The translations under genes and the position numbers were made by a program. Below are positions 25,981 through 36,253 of a stretch of 64,000 nucleotides of DNA, piece after piece. Origin of the DNA: Gemmatimonadales bacterium (GTDB lineage: Bacteria > Gemmatimonadota > Gemmatimonadetes > Gemmatimonadales > GWC2-71-9); contig DASUJH010000044.1 in assembly GCA_036279355.1 (NCBI GenBank), forward strand, positions 3,926-67,925, in the 5' to 3' direction. The first letter of the stretch is position 1. Each line of letters opens with the position of its first letter. Below the pieces are notes generated by a model that had not been told where the DNA came from, did not search any database, and saw only the letters and a list, made by a program, of their open reading frames with translations.

Positions 25981-27517
25981 ACGGCGCCGGCAGCATCGCC
26001 GTCCGCCGCATCAGCTCGACGTAGGGTGCCACGAGATCGGCGACCTGCTGGGCGTGCGGCACATCCCCGCGGCCGATCGCGCCCCGTCCCCGCGCGGCGA
26101 GCACGAGGGCGCCGAGCACGCGCCCCGCCGCGCGCATGGGCACCATCACGACAGTTTCCGTGCTGCTCTCCGTCATGGCGTCCGCAAGGTCGCCCCTAAG
26201 TAGTTCTCCGAGTGGTGTTCCCGCAATCGGCACGAGCGGCAGGTCCGCGAGATGCCTCGTCTCCCCCGGCGGCACCATCACCACCCGATCTCCCTCGCTC
26301 AAGCGGATCGCGAACGCGAGTCCATCGCAGGGAAACATCGCCCGCACCTCCTCGGAGAGCCGCTGCGTCGCCTCCGCGAAGCGAGGTGTGGTCGCGAGCA
26401 TGTCCGCGATGCGGGCGAGGTGCTCCGGCGCGCTTCGAAGCGCCCCGAGCTGCTTGCGCAGCGTGTAGAGCTGGGAGCTCAGCACGTACCCTTCGAGCCG
26501 AGGCGCCACCAGCCGCGCCACCTCGGAGAGAGCCACGAGATCCTCCGCCTGGTACAGCCCCGGAGCGGCGCCGCCGGCCAGGAGATGCGCTATTAGCCGC
26601 CCGCCCGACCACACGCGCACCACGAGCAGCGATCGGATCGTCTGCCCTTCGGGCAACTCCTCGGCGAGAAATCCCTCGGGCCACCGCGCGGCGCCATCGG
26701 ACACCGCGGGACGGGGTACCGCGAGGTCGGCGACGACCGCCTGCCCTTCGGGGCCCGCCAGCACCGCCAAGTCGAGCGTCTCCCGCGGCACGATGAGCGA
26801 CGGCTCCGCCCAGGGCGGCCCGCCTGCATGTGAGCCGAGCCGATACTGCTGCCCGGGCGCCGGGCCGGGGATCAACACCTCGAGCCGGTCGTGCAGCACG
26901 ATGCGCTGCACCGCGCGCGAGAGCAGCGAAACGAAGTCCTTCGGCGAGCGCGCCTCGGTCCATCCCGCCGTCACGTCGCCCACCACCTCGTCCAGCAACG
27001 CGGGCTCAGCCTCCGCCTGTACGGCGCCCGGCGGCGTCCACTGAAACGCCGCGCGGCTCAAGGTCGGCGCGATCGCCTCGGCGAGCCGTCCCACGAGCGC
27101 ATGTTCCGCGTCGCCGAAGCGCCCCGGCTGGAGCGCGGCCACGAGCAACAGCCCCACGTCGGCCGAGCTGAACGACACCGGCACGCACACGACCGAGGGA
27201 TACGCGCGCCGCACGACATCGGCCAGCTCGTCGGCAGCAGCCTGCGTGAGCCGCGGCCGGGGCAGCGGGACGTCGAGATGATCCTGCGCCAGCGCCTCGG
27301 GACCCAGCAGCACCACGCCGCCGGACGCGGGGTAGAGCCAGAGGGCCAGAAGGTCGTGCGGGAGTTCCTGGGAGACCGAATCCGCGAGCGCCTCGTGCCA
27401 GGTCGCGAGCACGACCGGGTCGGCCACGGCTTCGCCGGGCCGGAGCAGCGGAATGAGTGGGATCGACTCGGCGGGTTGTGCGTCGCGGGGCATGTCTCGC
27501 GGTCGAGCAGGAGGCAT
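25952..27517 (-). CDS. multi-GAF-like domain protein, no recognisable output domain
   Basis: About 520 aa with three repeated GAF-like segments (…VVCVPVSF…LLVAA…, …LLVVRVW…, …VVMVPMRAAGRVLGALVLA…). Assignment is weak. Confidence 0.5.
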   Translation of the reverse strand: MPPARPRDMPRDAQPAESIPLIPLLRPGEAVADPVVLATWHEALADSVSQELPHDLLALWLYPASGGVVLLGPEALAQDHLDVPLPRPRLTQAAADELADVVRRAYPSVVCVPVSFSSADVGLLLVAALQPGRFGDAEHALVGRLAEAIAPTLSRAAFQWTPPGAVQAEAEPALLDEVVGDVTAGWTEARSPKDFVSLLSRAVQRIVLHDRLEVLIPGPAPGQQYRLGSHAGGPPWAEPSLIVPRETLDLAVLAGPEGQAVVADLAVPRPAVSDGAARWPEGFLAEELPEGQTIRSLLVVRVWSGGRLIAHLLAGGAAPGLYQAEDLVALSEVARLVAPRLEGYVLSSQLYTLRKQLGALRSAPEHLARIADMLATTPRFAEATQRLSEEVRAMFPCDGLAFAIRLSEGDRVVMVPPGETRHLADLPLVPIAGTPLGELLRGDLADAMTESSTETVVMVPMRAAGRVLGALVLAARGRGAIGRGDVPHAQQVADLVAPYVELMRRTAMLPAPFIPGWKRVG

Positions 27518-27669
27518 GCCGAGGCGGAGCCGGCTCTAACCCACTGGCTGAAAGAGCTTTCGGACGAGGAGGGCGAATCGCGCCGTGCGGTTCGCGGGGT
27601 CTGCTGTGCGTACTGCCGGCATGTCAGGCCGGCTCGACCGGACCGGCCTGGGATCGCTCTTCCGATCTG

Positions 27670-27699
27670 TTGACATACCCCTACCCCCTATGCTAGACT
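27670..27699 (+). promoter_or_regulatory. sigma-70-type promoter TTGACA-N18-TAGACT whose spacer carries a C-tract motif; candidate CsoR operator
   Basis: TTGACA 27670-27675, TAGACT 27694-27699. The spacer contains CATACCCCTACCCCCTATG. It lies 41 nt upstream of copZ. Confidence 0.55.
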
Positions 27700-27739
27700 C
27701 GGGACCGGTGAATGCTAACCCCAGCGATCGAGGCACACG

Positions 27740-27946
27740 ATGACCAGTCTCACACTCCATCCCGAAGGCATGAGCTGCGGCCACTGTGTGGAGGCCGTCC
27801 GACGCACGCTTTCCGCGCTCCCCGGAGTCGAGGTCGATTCAGTCGACATCGGGCGCGCCAAGCTCCGCTACGACGAGTCGGTGATCCAGGAAGGTCGGAT
27901 CGAGGTCGCACTCGCGGAAGCCGGTTATCCCCCGGCCGCAGAATGA
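27740..27946 (+). CDS. copZ: heavy-metal-associated (HMA) copper chaperone
   Basis: 68 aa with the GMSCGHC metal-binding motif. Confidence 0.9.
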   Translation: MTSLTLHPEGMSCGHCVEAVRRTLSALPGVEVDSVDIGRAKLRYDESVIQEGRIEVALAEAGYPPAAE

Positions 27947-27964
27947 GCGCACTCGGAGGACAGC

Positions 27965-28348
27965 ATGACGACAGCAGAGCTCGTAGTCACCTTCGCCGGC
28001 CTCGCCGCCATTCTCTGGGTCAACTGGTATTTTCTCCTCGCAGGTGAAGCTGCTGCAGCGGGTTCCGCAGCCGGTCCGCAGCGCTTCCGGATCGAGGTGA
28101 ACAACTCGTACTCGCCTTCGGCCATCCGGGTCCGCGCGGGCGAGCCGGTGCAGCTCGATTTCCATCGAACTGACCGATCCTCCTGCACCGAAGAAGTGGT
28201 GCTGCCCGAGTTCGGGATCCGGCGCTTTCTCCCCACCGGCCAGACCACGAGCGTCGAGTTCACCCCGCGCGCGCCCGGGAGCTACGGCTTCGAGTGCGGC
28301 ATGGGGATGGTGCGAGGAAAGATCATCGCGGAGGAGGCGGAGAGCTGA
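27965..28348 (+). CDS. membrane-anchored cupredoxin-like domain protein
   Basis: N-terminal TM helix, then a beta-rich domain with potential ligands CTEEV ... FECGMGM. This is the position typical of Cupredoxin_1 proteins upstream of copA. Confidence 0.65.
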   Translation: MTTAELVVTFAGLAAILWVNWYFLLAGEAAAAGSAAGPQRFRIEVNNSYSPSAIRVRAGEPVQLDFHRTDRSSCTEEVVLPEFGIRRFLPTGQTTSVEFTPRAPGSYGFECGMGMVRGKIIAEEAES

Positions 28349-28350
28349 GC

Positions 28351-30597
28351 ATGGCGGAAACGTGCGAGATCCCCGTCGGCGGGATGACGTGCGCGGCGTG
28401 CAGCGCCCGGGTGCAGCGCACCCTCGAAAAGACGCCGGGCGTCGAGCGCGCGGCCGTCAACCTGATGACGGGCACGGCGCGGGTGGACTACGACCCCAGG
28501 GCGGTGTCGCCCGAGCGGTTGGTCGAGACGATTCGGGGCACCGGCTACGGCGCCGAGCTGCCCCGCCCCGAGGCGAGCATCGAGTCGCTCATGGAAGCGC
28601 AGGATGCGGAGCGCGCCGGGGAGACGGCCGACCTCAGACTCAAGTTCTGGGTCACGATCGCCATCGCCGTGCTGGCGGCCGGCATGGGCATGCCCCTCAT
28701 GGAAAACCAGAGCGGGCCCTCGGCCGAGCTGGGCCGCTGGTTCCTCCTGGCGCTCACGCTGCCCGTGGTGTTCTGGAGCGGCCGGCACTTCTACACCCGT
28801 GCGTGGGCGGCGTTCCGGCACCACAGCGCGGACATGAACACGCTCATTGCGGTCGGGACCGGAGCCGCGTTCGTCTTCAGCGTCTTCATGACGGTGGGGG
28901 CGGAGTGGGTGCGCGCCCGCGGGCTCGTGCCTCACGTGTACTTCGAGGTCGTGATGTGGGTGGTGGCGCTCATTCTCCTGGGCAACCTGCTCGAGGCGCG
29001 CGCCAAGGGCCGCACCTCGGATGCGATCCGGCGGCTCATCGGACTCCGGCCCGATACCGCGCGGGTGGTGCGCGGCGGCGCCGAGCTGGAGGTGCCGCTG
29101 GCCGACGTGCGGGTTGGAGATGAGCTCCTGGTCCGGCCCGGCGAGCGGATCCCGACGGACGGCGTCGTGCTCGACGGCACCAGCACGGTGGATGAATCGA
29201 TGCTCACCGGCGAGCCGCTGCCGGTGGCGAAGTCCGCCGGGAGCGAGGTCACCGGGGCCACGATCAACCGGAACGGGGCGCTCCGCATCCGCGCATCTCG
29301 CGTGGGCGCCGACACGGTGCTGTCGCGCATCATCCGCCTCGTGCGCGAGGCGCAGGGCTCCAAGGCCCCCATCCAGCGCCTCGCCGACCGGATCTCGGCG
29401 GTGTTCGTCCCCGTGGTGATCTCGATCGCGATTGCCACGTTCGTCATCTGGTTCGACTTGGGCCCGGCACCTCGGCACCTGCACGCGCTCGTTGCGGCGG
29501 TCACGGTGCTCATCATCGCCTGCCCATGCGCCATGGGGCTCGCGACACCGACCGCGGTGATGGTCTCCACCGGCCGAGGCGCCGAGCTCGGCGTGCTCAT
29601 CCGCGGCGGCGAAGCGCTGCAGCGCACTGGGGACGTCGACCTGGTGGTGCTGGACAAGACCGGCACGATTACGGAAGGCGGGCCGGCGGTGACCCGAATC
29701 GAGCTGGACGACGAAGGGCTCCGGCTCGCGGCGTCGCTGGAGCAATTGAGCGAGCACCCGCTGGCTGAAGCAATCGTCGCCGCGGCGCGCAAACGCGGGC
29801 TCGCCCTGGAGGACCCGGAGCGGTTTGCGGCCGAGCCGGGGCGAGGGGTTGTGGGACGGGTTGCGGGGCACGATGTGGTGCTGGGCAACCGGTCGCTTGC
29901 GGAGGAGCACGCGAAGGCCGCGCGGTCGATCGAGGAGACGGCCGCGGAGCTGACCCCGCTCGACGTGCACGCCGCCGCGATGGCGGAGGATGGAGCGACA
30001 CCGGTCTACGTCGCGGTGGATGGCCGGCTGGCGGGAGTCGTGGCGATCGCGGACCCGATCCGGCCCACGAGCCGCGATGCCGTGGCGCGGCTTCGCGGCA
30101 TGGGGCTCGCCGTGGTCATGCTCACCGGCGACGACCGCCGCACTGCCGACGCCGTCGCCCGCCAGGTCGGTATCGACCGGGTCGTGGCCGAGGTGCTGCC
30201 GGACCGGAAGCTGGCGGAGGTGGAGCGGCTCCGCGCCAAAGGCAACGTCGTGGCGATGGTGGGCGACGGGCTCAACGACGCCCCGGCACTCGCGGGCGCG
30301 GACGTGGGCATCGCCATCGGCACGGGGACCGATGTCGCGATGGAGACCAGCGCCGTCACGCTCATGCGCGGCGATCTGGGCGGCGTGGCGGATGCGGTGG
30401 CGCTCTCGCGCCGGACTCTGCGGGTGATGAAGCAGAATCTTTTCTGGGCGTTCATCTACAACGTGATCGGCATTCCGATCGCGGCGGGCGTGCTATACCC
30501 GGCCTTCGGCGTACAGCTCACGCCGGCGTTCGCGGCCGCGGCGATGGCGGTGAGCAGCGTGAGTGTCGTGACCAACAGCCTGAGACTGAGGAGCTGA
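28351..30597 (+). CDS. copA: copper-translocating P1B-type ATPase
   Basis: N-terminal [11 protein letters not shown] domain; TGEP; CPC ([11 protein letters not shown]); DKTGTIT; [10 protein letters not shown]. Confidence 0.95.
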   Translation: MAETCEIPVGGMTCAACSARVQRTLEKTPGVERAAVNLMTGTARVDYDPRAVSPERLVETIRGTGYGAELPRPEASIESLMEAQDAERAGETADLRLKFWVTIAIAVLAAGMGMPLMENQSGPSAELGRWFLLALTLPVVFWSGRHFYTRAWAAFRHHSADMNTLIAVGTGAAFVFSVFMTVGAEWVRARGLVPHVYFEVVMWVVALILLGNLLEARAKGRTSDAIRRLIGLRPDTARVVRGGAELEVPLADVRVGDELLVRPGERIPTDGVVLDGTSTVDESMLTGEPLPVAKSAGSEVTGATINRNGALRIRASRVGADTVLSRIIRLVREAQGSKAPIQRLADRISAVFVPVVISIAIATFVIWFDLGPAPRHLHALVAAVTVLIIACPCAMGLATPTAVMVSTGRGAELGVLIRGGEALQRTGDVDLVVLDKTGTITEGGPAVTRIELDDEGLRLAASLEQLSEHPLAEAIVAAARKRGLALEDPERFAAEPGRGVVGRVAGHDVVLGNRSLAEEHAKAARSIEETAAELTPLDVHAAAMAEDGATPVYVAVDGRLAGVVAIADPIRPTSRDAVARLRGMGLAVVMLTGDDRRTADAVARQVGIDRVVAEVLPDRKLAEVERLRAKGNVVAMVGDGLNDAPALAGADVGIAIGTGTDVAMETSAVTLMRGDLGGVADAVALSRRTLRVMKQNLFWAFIYNVIGIPIAAGVLYPAFGVQLTPAFAAAAMAVSSVSVVTNSLRLRS

Positions 30598-30600
30598 GCG

Positions 30601-30951
30601 ATGTCGGACTCGACGATCCCGGCGTGTCCCTGCGCGGCGGACCTCCGCCCGGGCGATGGCACGCACGCCGTGGCACTCGATCCGGACGTGAAGCAGTCGG
30701 TGCTCACTCGGCTGCGCCGGATCGAGGGGCAGGTGCGTGGGCTCCAGCGGATGGTGGAGGAGGAGCGCTACTGCGCCGACGTGTTGACCCAGGTGTCGAG
30801 CGTGCAGGAGGCGCTCCGCGGCGCCGGCCGCGCGCTCCTGCACAATCACCTGCGCCACTGCGCGAGCACGGCCATCCGCTCGGGCGAGCCGGAACGCGCG
30901 GAGGCAATGTACGAGGAGTTGCTGGATCTGGTGTATCGGAACGCGCGGTAG
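30601..30951 (+). CDS. csoR: CsoR/RcnR-family metal-sensing repressor
   Basis: DUF156 core LTRLRRIEGQVRGLQRMVEE, with RYCADVL ... HNHLRHC (the C-H-C Cu(I) ligand set). Confidence 0.88.
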   Translation: MSDSTIPACPCAADLRPGDGTHAVALDPDVKQSVLTRLRRIEGQVRGLQRMVEEERYCADVLTQVSSVQEALRGAGRALLHNHLRHCASTAIRSGEPERAEAMYEELLDLVYRNAR

Positions 30952-31315
30952 GGCGGCTGCACGTGTAGACCGGCGGACAGCACAGCGCTGGCGCCGCTTC
31001 CGGTGCGTCTTGGATGGGGTCGAATAGCGGCGGAGCAGGCCGGCCCGGAAAGCTACAGGCCTGTGAGGTGAGACGCGAGGGCGTGGTCGAGCTCGAGCGC
31101 GACGGCCAGAGCCGTAGCACCTATCGCCAGATCGTGCAGATCTCTGCATAGAGCGGCGCCAAGCACTGGGCCGAGCAGACCTTCGAGCGTCTCGCGCGTG
31201 ACCACGTATCCGTAGCGGCGCACGCGCGAGATCGCGACCCGAGAGGTCACGAGTTATCTGCAAGGTCTCTGACAATGAGTTGCAAGCGGACGGCCGGACG
31301 ATCACGTCCCCGGCC

Positions 31316-32893
31316 TCACGCTGCAGAACTGGACGGCGGACTCGGCCTGAGCACCCGGCCGCTCGTCGCTTCCTCCTGCGCCCGCGCGCGCCGCATGTCC
31401 GATCCCACCGTACGCGCGGCGGCGAGCATCAGGATCCCGCCCACCACCGCCACCGCCGGCAGCAGGAACACCGCCCGCTCGATCCCGAATCGATCCGAGA
31501 GCGCGCCAATGAGCGGAAACGAAATCGTGTCGCCCGCGAGGTGAATGAACAGAAGATACGCCCCCACAACGGTCGCGCTGATCCGCGCCGGCACCACGTC
31601 GAAAATGACGGCGGTGATCGGCCCGTTGAACCACGTGAGGAAGAAGAACGCCGCGCAGAAGACCGGCACGAACACGTCGAGGTCGCGGATCCCGAGCAGC
31701 CAGAGTGCGAGCGGTCCGCCGATCAGCAAGCCTATCGACACGGTGAGCGCGCGGCCCCGGTCGGTGTATCGCCGCATCCAGTCGGCCAGCAGGCCGCCGG
31801 CGATCGAGCCCAGAATGCCCGCCGCGAGTCCGGGCACGCCCAGCAGGTCGGCAAAGGCGCCGGCCGTGAGCCCGAACACGCGCGCCACGAGCGAGGGTGC
31901 CCAGGCGAGCAGTCCGTTGAGCCCGAACGAGACCAGCGCGCCCGCGATGAACACGTAGACCAGCGTCGGCGTGCGGAGCACCGCCTGCGCGGCGCGCATG
32001 AGGTCGCCCAGCGGGCCGGGGCCGCCGGCCGCGGTGCCCAACATCGCCGGGACATATGATTCGCCCGATTGCACCGGCACGAGCTTGCCCGCGCGCGCCG
32101 CGGCCCGGCTCTGCTTCACCCACGAGCGGATGTTGAGCGCGAGCCCGATTCCCACTGCGGCGCCGAGTGCCGCGACGTCCGCCTTGGACGTGGCGCCGTA
32201 GACCCGATCGAGGACCACGGCGGCCACGGTGCCGATCGCAACGCCGACCGCGAGCGGGATGCACTGGCTGAGCACGGCCGACGCGCCGACGCCCAGGCTC
32301 CGCAGGTACTCGCGCAGCGGCATTGCGGCCGGAGGCCGCACCGGCTCCGCAAGCCGCGCCGCCAGCACCGCGCCGGCGAACCCCGGCAGCCCGACCGCCA
32401 TCAGCGCGGCGCGCCAGCCATAGATCACCTCGAGATGGCCGCCGAGCCAATACGCCAGGCCGCCGCCAAGTGCAAGGCCCGCGGCCAGCACGCCCATGGC
32501 GAGCGCGCGGCCCTTGCCGGGGAAGTAGTCGGCCGCGAGTGAGGTAGCGGCTGTAAGAAAAGCGGCCCCGCCGATGCCCACCGCAGCGCGGCAAACGAAG
32601 AGCTGGCCGAATCCCTCCACCAACCCGCTCAGCACCGTCGCGGTGCTCCAGAGCGCCACGCCGCCTACCACCACCGCGCGGCGCGACCGGAGGTCGCTTA
32701 CCACGCCGAACGGCAACACCGCTATCGAGAACACCAGCACGTACGCCGACGCGAGCCAGCCGAGTTGTGTATCGGTGAGCGCCAAGTCGCGCTTGATCGG
32801 CTCGAAGAGCGCGAAGAGGATGTTGCGGCTTACGTAATTGAGGATGTTGAGGACGGAGAGGAGCCCGAGCGCGTACCACCGGTACCAGGTCAC
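31316..32893 (-). CDS. MFS transporter
   Basis: 12 or more TM helices. N-terminal [20 protein letters not shown] ... SDLRSRR motif A. GTG 32893 overlaps the upstream stop (GTGA). Confidence 0.85.
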   Translation of the reverse strand: MTWYRWYALGLLSVLNILNYVSRNILFALFEPIKRDLALTDTQLGWLASAYVLVFSIAVLPFGVVSDLRSRRAVVVGGVALWSTATVLSGLVEGFGQLFVCRAAVGIGGAAFLTAATSLAADYFPGKGRALAMGVLAAGLALGGGLAYWLGGHLEVIYGWRAALMAVGLPGFAGAVLAARLAEPVRPPAAMPLREYLRSLGVGASAVLSQCIPLAVGVAIGTVAAVVLDRVYGATSKADVAALGAAVGIGLALNIRSWVKQSRAAARAGKLVPVQSGESYVPAMLGTAAGGPGPLGDLMRAAQAVLRTPTLVYVFIAGALVSFGLNGLLAWAPSLVARVFGLTAGAFADLLGVPGLAAGILGSIAGGLLADWMRRYTDRGRALTVSIGLLIGGPLALWLLGIRDLDVFVPVFCAAFFFLTWFNGPITAVIFDVVPARISATVVGAYLLFIHLAGDTISFPLIGALSDRFGIERAVFLLPAVAVVGGILMLAAARTVGSDMRRARAQEEATSGRVLRPSPPSSSAA

Positions 32894-34050
32894 GGGTGTT
32901 CCCCCGCTGCTGCCTCCGCATCCGCCATCGACTCGTCGGCGCGCCGGTCACGAAACGCGAGCGCCGCCCGATATTCCTCGATCAACCGCGCGAGCATCGC
33001 GTCCCGCCGGCCGTAGAGCCGTTTGAGCTGTCTCGGCTCGTGCCGGTTGAGCGCGTACGCGGTGAGAAGCGGGAGCGCGACCGAGTTGTCGACATAGACC
33101 ACCACCGTGCCCGGAAGTTGATCGGGATCGATCTTCCCCCAGCTCACCGCCTCGGCCGGCGTGGCGCCGGAAAGTCCGCCCGTATCGGGGCGCGCATCGG
33201 TCATCTGCAGGAAGTAGTCGTGGCCCCGCTCGTCAATGCCGAGCACTTCCTGGATTTGCGGCTCAGTCTGGAGCATGAAGTTCTTGGGGCTGCCGCCACC
33301 TACGATGAGGCAGCCGCTCTTGCCGCCGCTCCGCTTGGCCTCGAGCACGATGGCCGCCGTCTCGTTCACGTCGGCGCTCACGTCGAACCGGAGCTTGCTG
33401 CCCGCCAGCGCCTGCTCGGCCACGTTCATGCCGATGGAGCTGTCGCCGGGGGAGCTGGTGTAGATCGGAACGCCCAGATCATGCGCGGCGGCGAGCACCG
33501 AGCGGCGCGCCGCGGCCACCGCGCGCTCGCGCTCCAGCAGGTAGCCGCCGAGCATCCAGTGATATTCGGCCGTGCCCATCGGACGCTGGAACTCCTCGCG
33601 CGCTGATACCTCGCGCACGAACTTGTCGGTCGAGAGCAGCACCGAGTAGTCGAAGAAGATGTCGTAGATCCGCACCACGCCGTGGTCGCGCAGCTCCACG
33701 TCGTCCGCGTGGGGCGTGCCGCGGTGCATCGCGAGGCCCAGCGCGAAGTGGGCGTCGTGATACAGATTGGCGCCAGTCGAGATGATCCAATCGACGAACC
33801 CCGCCTCCATGAGCGGCACCAGGCAGCTCATGCCGAGGCCGGCCGGCGTCATCGCGCCGGTGAGGCTCATGCCGACGGTGGCGTCCGGTGCCAGCATGCG
33901 CTCGACGAAGAGCTGGCAGCCCTCGCGCAGCCGCCCCGCGTTGTACGCGAGGAACGCGTTGTCGATGAGGTCGGCCGCCGTCTCGGTGCCCGTCACCGCG
34001 CGGGGCTCGATCCGCTGGCCGCGGAGGTACTGCGCGGATGGGCGGGTCAC
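32890..34050 (-). CDS. deoxyhypusine synthase-family protein
   Basis: Motifs [34 protein letters not shown], and [12 protein letters not shown] (Lys-containing C-terminal motif). Confidence 0.8.
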   Translation of the reverse strand: MTRPSAQYLRGQRIEPRAVTGTETAADLIDNAFLAYNAGRLREGCQLFVERMLAPDATVGMSLTGAMTPAGLGMSCLVPLMEAGFVDWIISTGANLYHDAHFALGLAMHRGTPHADDVELRDHGVVRIYDIFFDYSVLLSTDKFVREVSAREEFQRPMGTAEYHWMLGGYLLERERAVAAARRSVLAAAHDLGVPIYTSSPGDSSIGMNVAEQALAGSKLRFDVSADVNETAAIVLEAKRSGGKSGCLIVGGGSPKNFMLQTEPQIQEVLGIDERGHDYFLQMTDARPDTGGLSGATPAEAVSWGKIDPDQLPGTVVVYVDNSVALPLLTAYALNRHEPRQLKRLYGRRDAMLARLIEEYRAALAFRDRRADESMADAEAAAGEHP

Positions 34051-34060
34051 GATCGCATCC

Positions 34061-34804
34061 TCAATCCTTGGCGGCGCGCGCCCGGGTCACGATTCGCAGC
34101 ACTTCGGCGGGATCGTCGGTGACGTGGAAGAGTTCGAGGTCGCCGATATTGATCTTCCGCTCCGCCGCCACGGTGTGGTTCAGCCAGTTGACCAACGCGC
34201 TCCAGTACGTACGGCCGAAGAGCACGACCGGAAAGTGCTTGACTCTCCCGGTCTGGATGAGCGTCAATGCCTCGAACAGCTCGTCGAGCGTCCCGTAGCC
34301 CCCGGGAAAGACCACGAACGCGGTCGAGTACTTCACGAACATCATCTTCCGGACGAAGAAGAAACGAAAGTTGATCGCACGCGTGACGTAGGCATTGGTC
34401 CCCTGCTCGAACGGCAGCTCGATGTTGCAGCCGATCGACAGCCCCCCACCCTCGATCGCGCCCCGGTTGGCCGCCTCCATGATCCCGGGGCCGCCGCCAG
34501 TGATGATGGGGATGCCCTCCTGAGCCAGGAGCCGCGCGGTCTCGACCGCGGCGCCGTAATGCGGGTCGGCCGGCAGCGTGCGCGCCGAGCCGAAGATGGT
34601 CACACCGTCCTGCACGTCGCCAAGGCTGTCGAACCCCTCGACGAACTCGCCCATGATGCGGAGCACCCGCCACGGATCGGTCTTCCGGAGCGCGTCCGGC
34701 CGCTCGGCGGGCTGGCGGCTGTCGAGCAGCTCCTCGTCCTCGGTCGGACGCCGGTTATCGCCGCTCGCGCGGAACGGCGTGTTGGTCATCTTGTTCGCGG
34801 TCAT
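34061..34804 (-). CDS. LOG-family (TIGR00730) nucleotide phosphoribohydrolase
   Basis: Motifs [24 protein letters not shown], and [12 protein letters not shown]. Confidence 0.88.
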   Translation of the reverse strand: MTANKMTNTPFRASGDNRRPTEDEELLDSRQPAERPDALRKTDPWRVLRIMGEFVEGFDSLGDVQDGVTIFGSARTLPADPHYGAAVETARLLAQEGIPIITGGGPGIMEAANRGAIEGGGLSIGCNIELPFEQGTNAYVTRAINFRFFFVRKMMFVKYSTAFVVFPGGYGTLDELFEALTLIQTGRVKHFPVVLFGRTYWSALVNWLNHTVAAERKINIGDLELFHVTDDPAEVLRIVTRARAAKD

Positions 34805-35970
34805 GACGTGAGCAGCTCCAGCAGCGCGAGATGGTCGTCGCGCACGTTGTAGAAGTACGGCGAGACCCGGACGTGGCGGGGCCGCGCGTCGGCCACGATG
34901 CCAGCCTCGGCCAGGCGCCGCACGTCGGCGGCGGGATCGACGCGCGGCAGCATCACGATGGCGGAGCGCGCCGCGGCGCTCGCCGCCACCTTCGGCGCGA
35001 GGCCCGCCGCGCGCGCCTGCTCAACCAGATCGTCGGTCAGCTCGCCGGTGATCCGGCGCACCTCATCCGGTCCCGCGTCCTCGAGCACTTCGAGCCCGCC
35101 GAGCTGCGCGTACACCGACGCGACCGCCGGCGTGCCCGCCTCGAAGCGGCGGGCGTCGTCGTGCGGGTGCAACGCGCGCGAATCGAAGCGGAACTGGTCC
35201 CGGTCGCCGAACCAGCCGGCAGCCCGAGGCGCGAACTCCTGCACGAGATCGGGCCGTACGTACAAAAACGCGATCCCCGACCCGCCGAGCAGCCATTTGA
35301 GTCCGCCGGCGCAGTAGAAGTCGACGCCTGCCGCCGCCACGTCGACCGGCACCTGCCCGACGGCCTGGTAGCCATCCACCAGCAGCAGCGCGCCGCGACG
35401 GTGCGCGATGCGGGCGAGCGCGGCGACATCCTGGACTGCGCCCGAGGTGAAGAAGACGTGGCTCGTGGCGACGAGCGCGGTGCGCCCATCGACCGCGCGC
35501 TCGATCGCGTCGAGCGGCACCTCGTTGCCGTCCGGGCTCTCCACCACCACCACGTCCACACCCTCGCTCCGCTTGGCGAGCCACTGATAGCTGATCGTGG
35601 GGAAGTCGAGGCTCGTCACCACGACTCGCGGGCGAAGTCGGTAGTCGAGCGATTCGGCGACGGCGGTGAGCGTGGACGAAATGTTCGGGTGCAGCGCCAC
35701 GTCCGCCGCACGGGCGCCGACCATGCGGGCGTAGCCCCCCCGGAGATCGGCGAGCGCCGACCACCAGATCTCGTACCATGCCGCGGCGCCGTGCCGCTCC
35801 CAGAGGTCGAGGTAGTCGGTTACCCGCTCGCGCGACCGGCGCGAGAGCGCGCCGAGCGAGCAACTGTTGAGATAGACCGAGTGGCGGAAGATCGGGAAGT
35901 CGTCCCGGTACTGCCGCCGCCGGGGCGCATGCAGCGGAGCGGCAACCATAGGGTGCGGAATATACCCCAC
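34801..35970 (-). CDS. aminotransferase class-V fold PLP-dependent enzyme
   Basis: About 385 aa. Sequence YLNSCSLGA ... LLVDGYQAVG ... GGLKWLLGGSG (candidate PLP Lys). Its stop overlaps the LOG start (ATGA). Confidence 0.7.
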   Translation of the reverse strand: MGYIPHPMVAAPLHAPRRRQYRDDFPIFRHSVYLNSCSLGALSRRSRERVTDYLDLWERHGAAAWYEIWWSALADLRGGYARMVGARAADVALHPNISSTLTAVAESLDYRLRPRVVVTSLDFPTISYQWLAKRSEGVDVVVVESPDGNEVPLDAIERAVDGRTALVATSHVFFTSGAVQDVAALARIAHRRGALLLVDGYQAVGQVPVDVAAAGVDFYCAGGLKWLLGGSGIAFLYVRPDLVQEFAPRAAGWFGDRDQFRFDSRALHPHDDARRFEAGTPAVASVYAQLGGLEVLEDAGPDEVRRITGELTDDLVEQARAAGLAPKVAASAAARSAIVMLPRVDPAADVRRLAEAGIVADARPRHVRVSPYFYNVRDDHLALLELLTS

Positions 35971-35992
35971 GCGACGGGATTATCTTAAGGCC

Positions 35993-36253
35993 ATGAGAGC
36001 GTCCTGGACCGCGCTCACGCTGCGCCTGGCCGGGCATGCGGCCATCCGGCCGAGGCTGGCGGCGGATCTGCTCAAGACGGCGTGGGCTTTCCGGCGGCGA
36101 GACTGGTGGGAGCGCGCGCCATGGCTTCCGCTGCCGGACCGGACGTACCTGCGGTGGCGCATGCACACCGCTTACGGAGATGACAATGCGGTGCCGCCGG
36201 CGGACGACGTCATCCGCTTTGCCCGCTGGCGCCGGGAGACGATGGGTCTGTGA
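35993..36253 (+). CDS. small hypothetical protein
   Basis: 86-aa ORF, Trp/Arg-rich, coupled to ndh by a GTGA overlap. No family recognised. Confidence 0.4.
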   Translation: MRASWTALTLRLAGHAAIRPRLAADLLKTAWAFRRRDWWERAPWLPLPDRTYLRWRMHTAYGDDNAVPPADDVIRFARWRRETMGL

